Shown here in pieces: positions 62,831 through 64,000 of a stretch of DNA of 64,000 bases; positions within the stretch are counted from its first letter, which is position 1, and every line of letters begins with the position of its first letter. Where the stretch lies: positions 9,504-73,503 of the forward strand of contig DATBLZ010000081.1 of the NCBI GenBank assembly GCA_036555065.1, read 5' to 3'. Source of the DNA: Gammaproteobacteria bacterium (GTDB lineage: Bacteria; Pseudomonadota; Gammaproteobacteria; Steroidobacterales; Rariloculaceae). The notes under the pieces were generated by a model, which ran no database searches, had not been told where the DNA came from, and worked only from the letters and a program-made list of their open reading frames with translations. A program made the position numbers and the translations under genes.

Positions 62831-63496
62831 CTAGCCGATCGCATCGAGCGCCGCCCGCGCCGTCGAATCCGTCCAGTCCGTGACGCGCTGCCAAACCCCC
62901 GGCGCAGCCCCGCAACCGGAGCCGATCTCGACCGCGAGCGGCTCGCCCGCCGCTGCGTCGCTCGGCCGCGCAACGGAGCGCGTAAAAATGCCCGTAGGCG
63001 TCTTGTAGACCTCGTGAATACGCTCGGTGTCGATGGTCTGATAGGTCGAGCTTCCGTAGGTCGTATCGATGAGGAAGTTCAAGTCGCCGAGCGAGCGCGC
63101 GACCGCGACGACGTCGACCGCGGTCGGCTCGCCGAGCGAGTGCGCGAGAGTCGGCTTGCGGTTTTCGTCGTCGATCGAGCTATACCTGCCTTCGAAGCGC
63201 TCGAGGCGGTACTGCGAATCGAGGCCGAGCAGCAGCGCCCAGTATTTCCACTTGAGAAATTGGGCATCGATCCGCCATTGGTCGCCGAGAATCGGCAACG
63301 CCCGCTCGGTGCAGAGATCACCGGTTCTGAGATATGCGAGATACTCCTGCTCGCCCGTGCGCTCGAAGCGGACCTCCGCGATCAGAGTCTCGGCAGTCAA
63401 GGTGCTGTAGGTATGGATCGACGCGCCGAGCAAGACGATGAAGAGGAAGATGCCGAGGCAAAGCGCGAGAACCGAGGTCTTGAGGATTCTGCGCAT
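62831..63496 (-). CDS. N-terminally membrane-anchored protein of unknown function
   Basis: 221 aa with one TM helix (VLALCLGIFLFIVLLGA). No domain recognised. Its stop abuts the convergent cyclotransferase stop. Confidence 0.5.
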   Translation of the reverse strand: MRRILKTSVLALCLGIFLFIVLLGASIHTYSTLTAETLIAEVRFERTGEQEYLAYLRTGDLCTERALPILGDQWRIDAQFLKWKYWALLLGLDSQYRLERFEGRYSSIDDENRKPTLAHSLGEPTAVDVVAVARSLGDLNFLIDTTYGSSTYQTIDTERIHEVYKTPTGIFTRSVARPSDAAAGEPLAVEIGSGCGAAPGVWQRVTDWTDSTARAALDAIG

Positions 63497-63518
63497 AGTT
63501 GCAGAATATCATGCGCTC

Positions 63519-64000
63519 ATGGAGAAGAACGCGAAGCGAATCGTCGAACGTTTCGGATTGATTCCACATCCCGAAGGCGGTCATTTCCGCGAAGTGTATA
63601 GAGCTCCGTTGCACACCGCGCACCCCGGCATTCCGGCCGGGCATGACAACCGACGCTCTGCAGGGACACTCATATATTTCTTGCTCGCGGGAGCCGAGTT
63701 CTCGGCCTTCCACCGCGTTCGCTGGAGCGACGAGATCTGGCACCTCTACGCGGGCGGCCCGCTCGAGCTGCATACGATCGGCCTCCGCGGCGACTACGCA
63801 AAACACGTGCTGACGACCGACCTTGGGAGCGGCGAGCCGACGGCCGTCGTTCCGGCGGGTGCGCTGCAGGCTGCGCGTCTTGCGCCCGCGGCCGCTTGGG
63901 CGTTCGGCGGCTGCACGGTCGCGCCCGGATTCGATTTCGCGGACTTCGCCATGCCGCCGCGCGCCGAGCTCCTAGCCGCACATGCGCGGCATGCGGCCAT
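63519..64000 (+). CDS. DUF985-type cupin (partial; runs off the window end)
   Basis: From the ATG at 63519 the frame stays open to base 64000. LIPHPEGGHFREVYR and later GCTVAPGFDFADF are typical of the YML079w/DUF985 cupin family. Not in the ORF track because no stop is reached. Confidence 0.7.
   Translation, partial: MEKNAKRIVERFGLIPHPEGGHFREVYRAPLHTAHPGIPAGHDNRRSAGTLIYFLLAGAEFSAFHRVRWSDEIWHLYAGGPLELHTIGLRGDYAKHVLTTDLGSGEPTAVVPAGALQAARLAPAAAWAFGGCTVAPGFDFADFAMPPRAELLAAHARHAA

Noticed and set aside
1-64000. Scan for CRISPR arrays, tRNA/rRNA genes, IS elements, integrases or prophage remnants.
   Set aside because: I saw no regularly spaced direct repeats, no cloverleaf-compatible or rRNA-like conserved segments in the few intergenic gaps, and no transposase or integrase motifs in any frame. 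By-eye scanning cannot exclude small ncRNAs.

Overview
This is a GC-rich chromosomal segment with strong third-position G/C bias, probably from a gammaproteobacterium-like organism. It is densely packed with about 62 protein-coding genes. I saw no rRNA, tRNA, CRISPR array, transposase or integrase. The centrepiece is a roughly 15-kb MSHA-type type IV pilus cluster (12041-27050): mshI, a PilN-like gene, mshJ, K, L, E, G, F, two tandem near-identical major-pilin genes, then mshC, D, O, P, Q. Cyclic-di-GMP signalling genes bracket it. Upstream and divergent is a hybrid histidine kinase with a REC-EAL response regulator; immediately downstream is a PAS-GAF-PAS-GGDEF-EAL protein; a YajQ-family protein lies further on. 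The rest of the window holds envelope lipid genes (dgkA, PAP2, GT4), an S41 lipoprotein peptidase, and glcDEF glycolate oxidase. There are also several periplasmic PQQ enzymes (two sGDH paralogs and a cytochrome c-PQQ fusion) and a Ser/Thr kinase fused to a TolB-like propeller. Next come a small toxin-antitoxin islet (a mini AbiE-like pair plus AbrB-VapC) and an exported protein paired with a single-POTRA Omp85. A roughly 11-kb catabolic and branched-chain-type ABC uptake cluster of unknown substrate follows, and then a divergent ParA-like/CHAD pair. The most unusual sequence-level signals are: (1) a REP-like palindromic family (TTGTGGGAGCGGCTTnAGCCGCGA) found in intergenic DNA and also in frame inside glcF and a PrpD-like gene; (2) a tandem duplication of pilin gene plus promoter, each copy carrying a CRP/Clp-type TGTGA-N6-TCACA box; (3) a near-consensus sigma-54 promoter with a structured C-rich leader in the largest intergenic gap; (4) a haem-binding motif and signal peptide lying upstream of the first canonical start codon of the PQQ enzyme. 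No single unmistakable novel system is proven from sequence alone, and all functional calls rest on motif recognition by eye.
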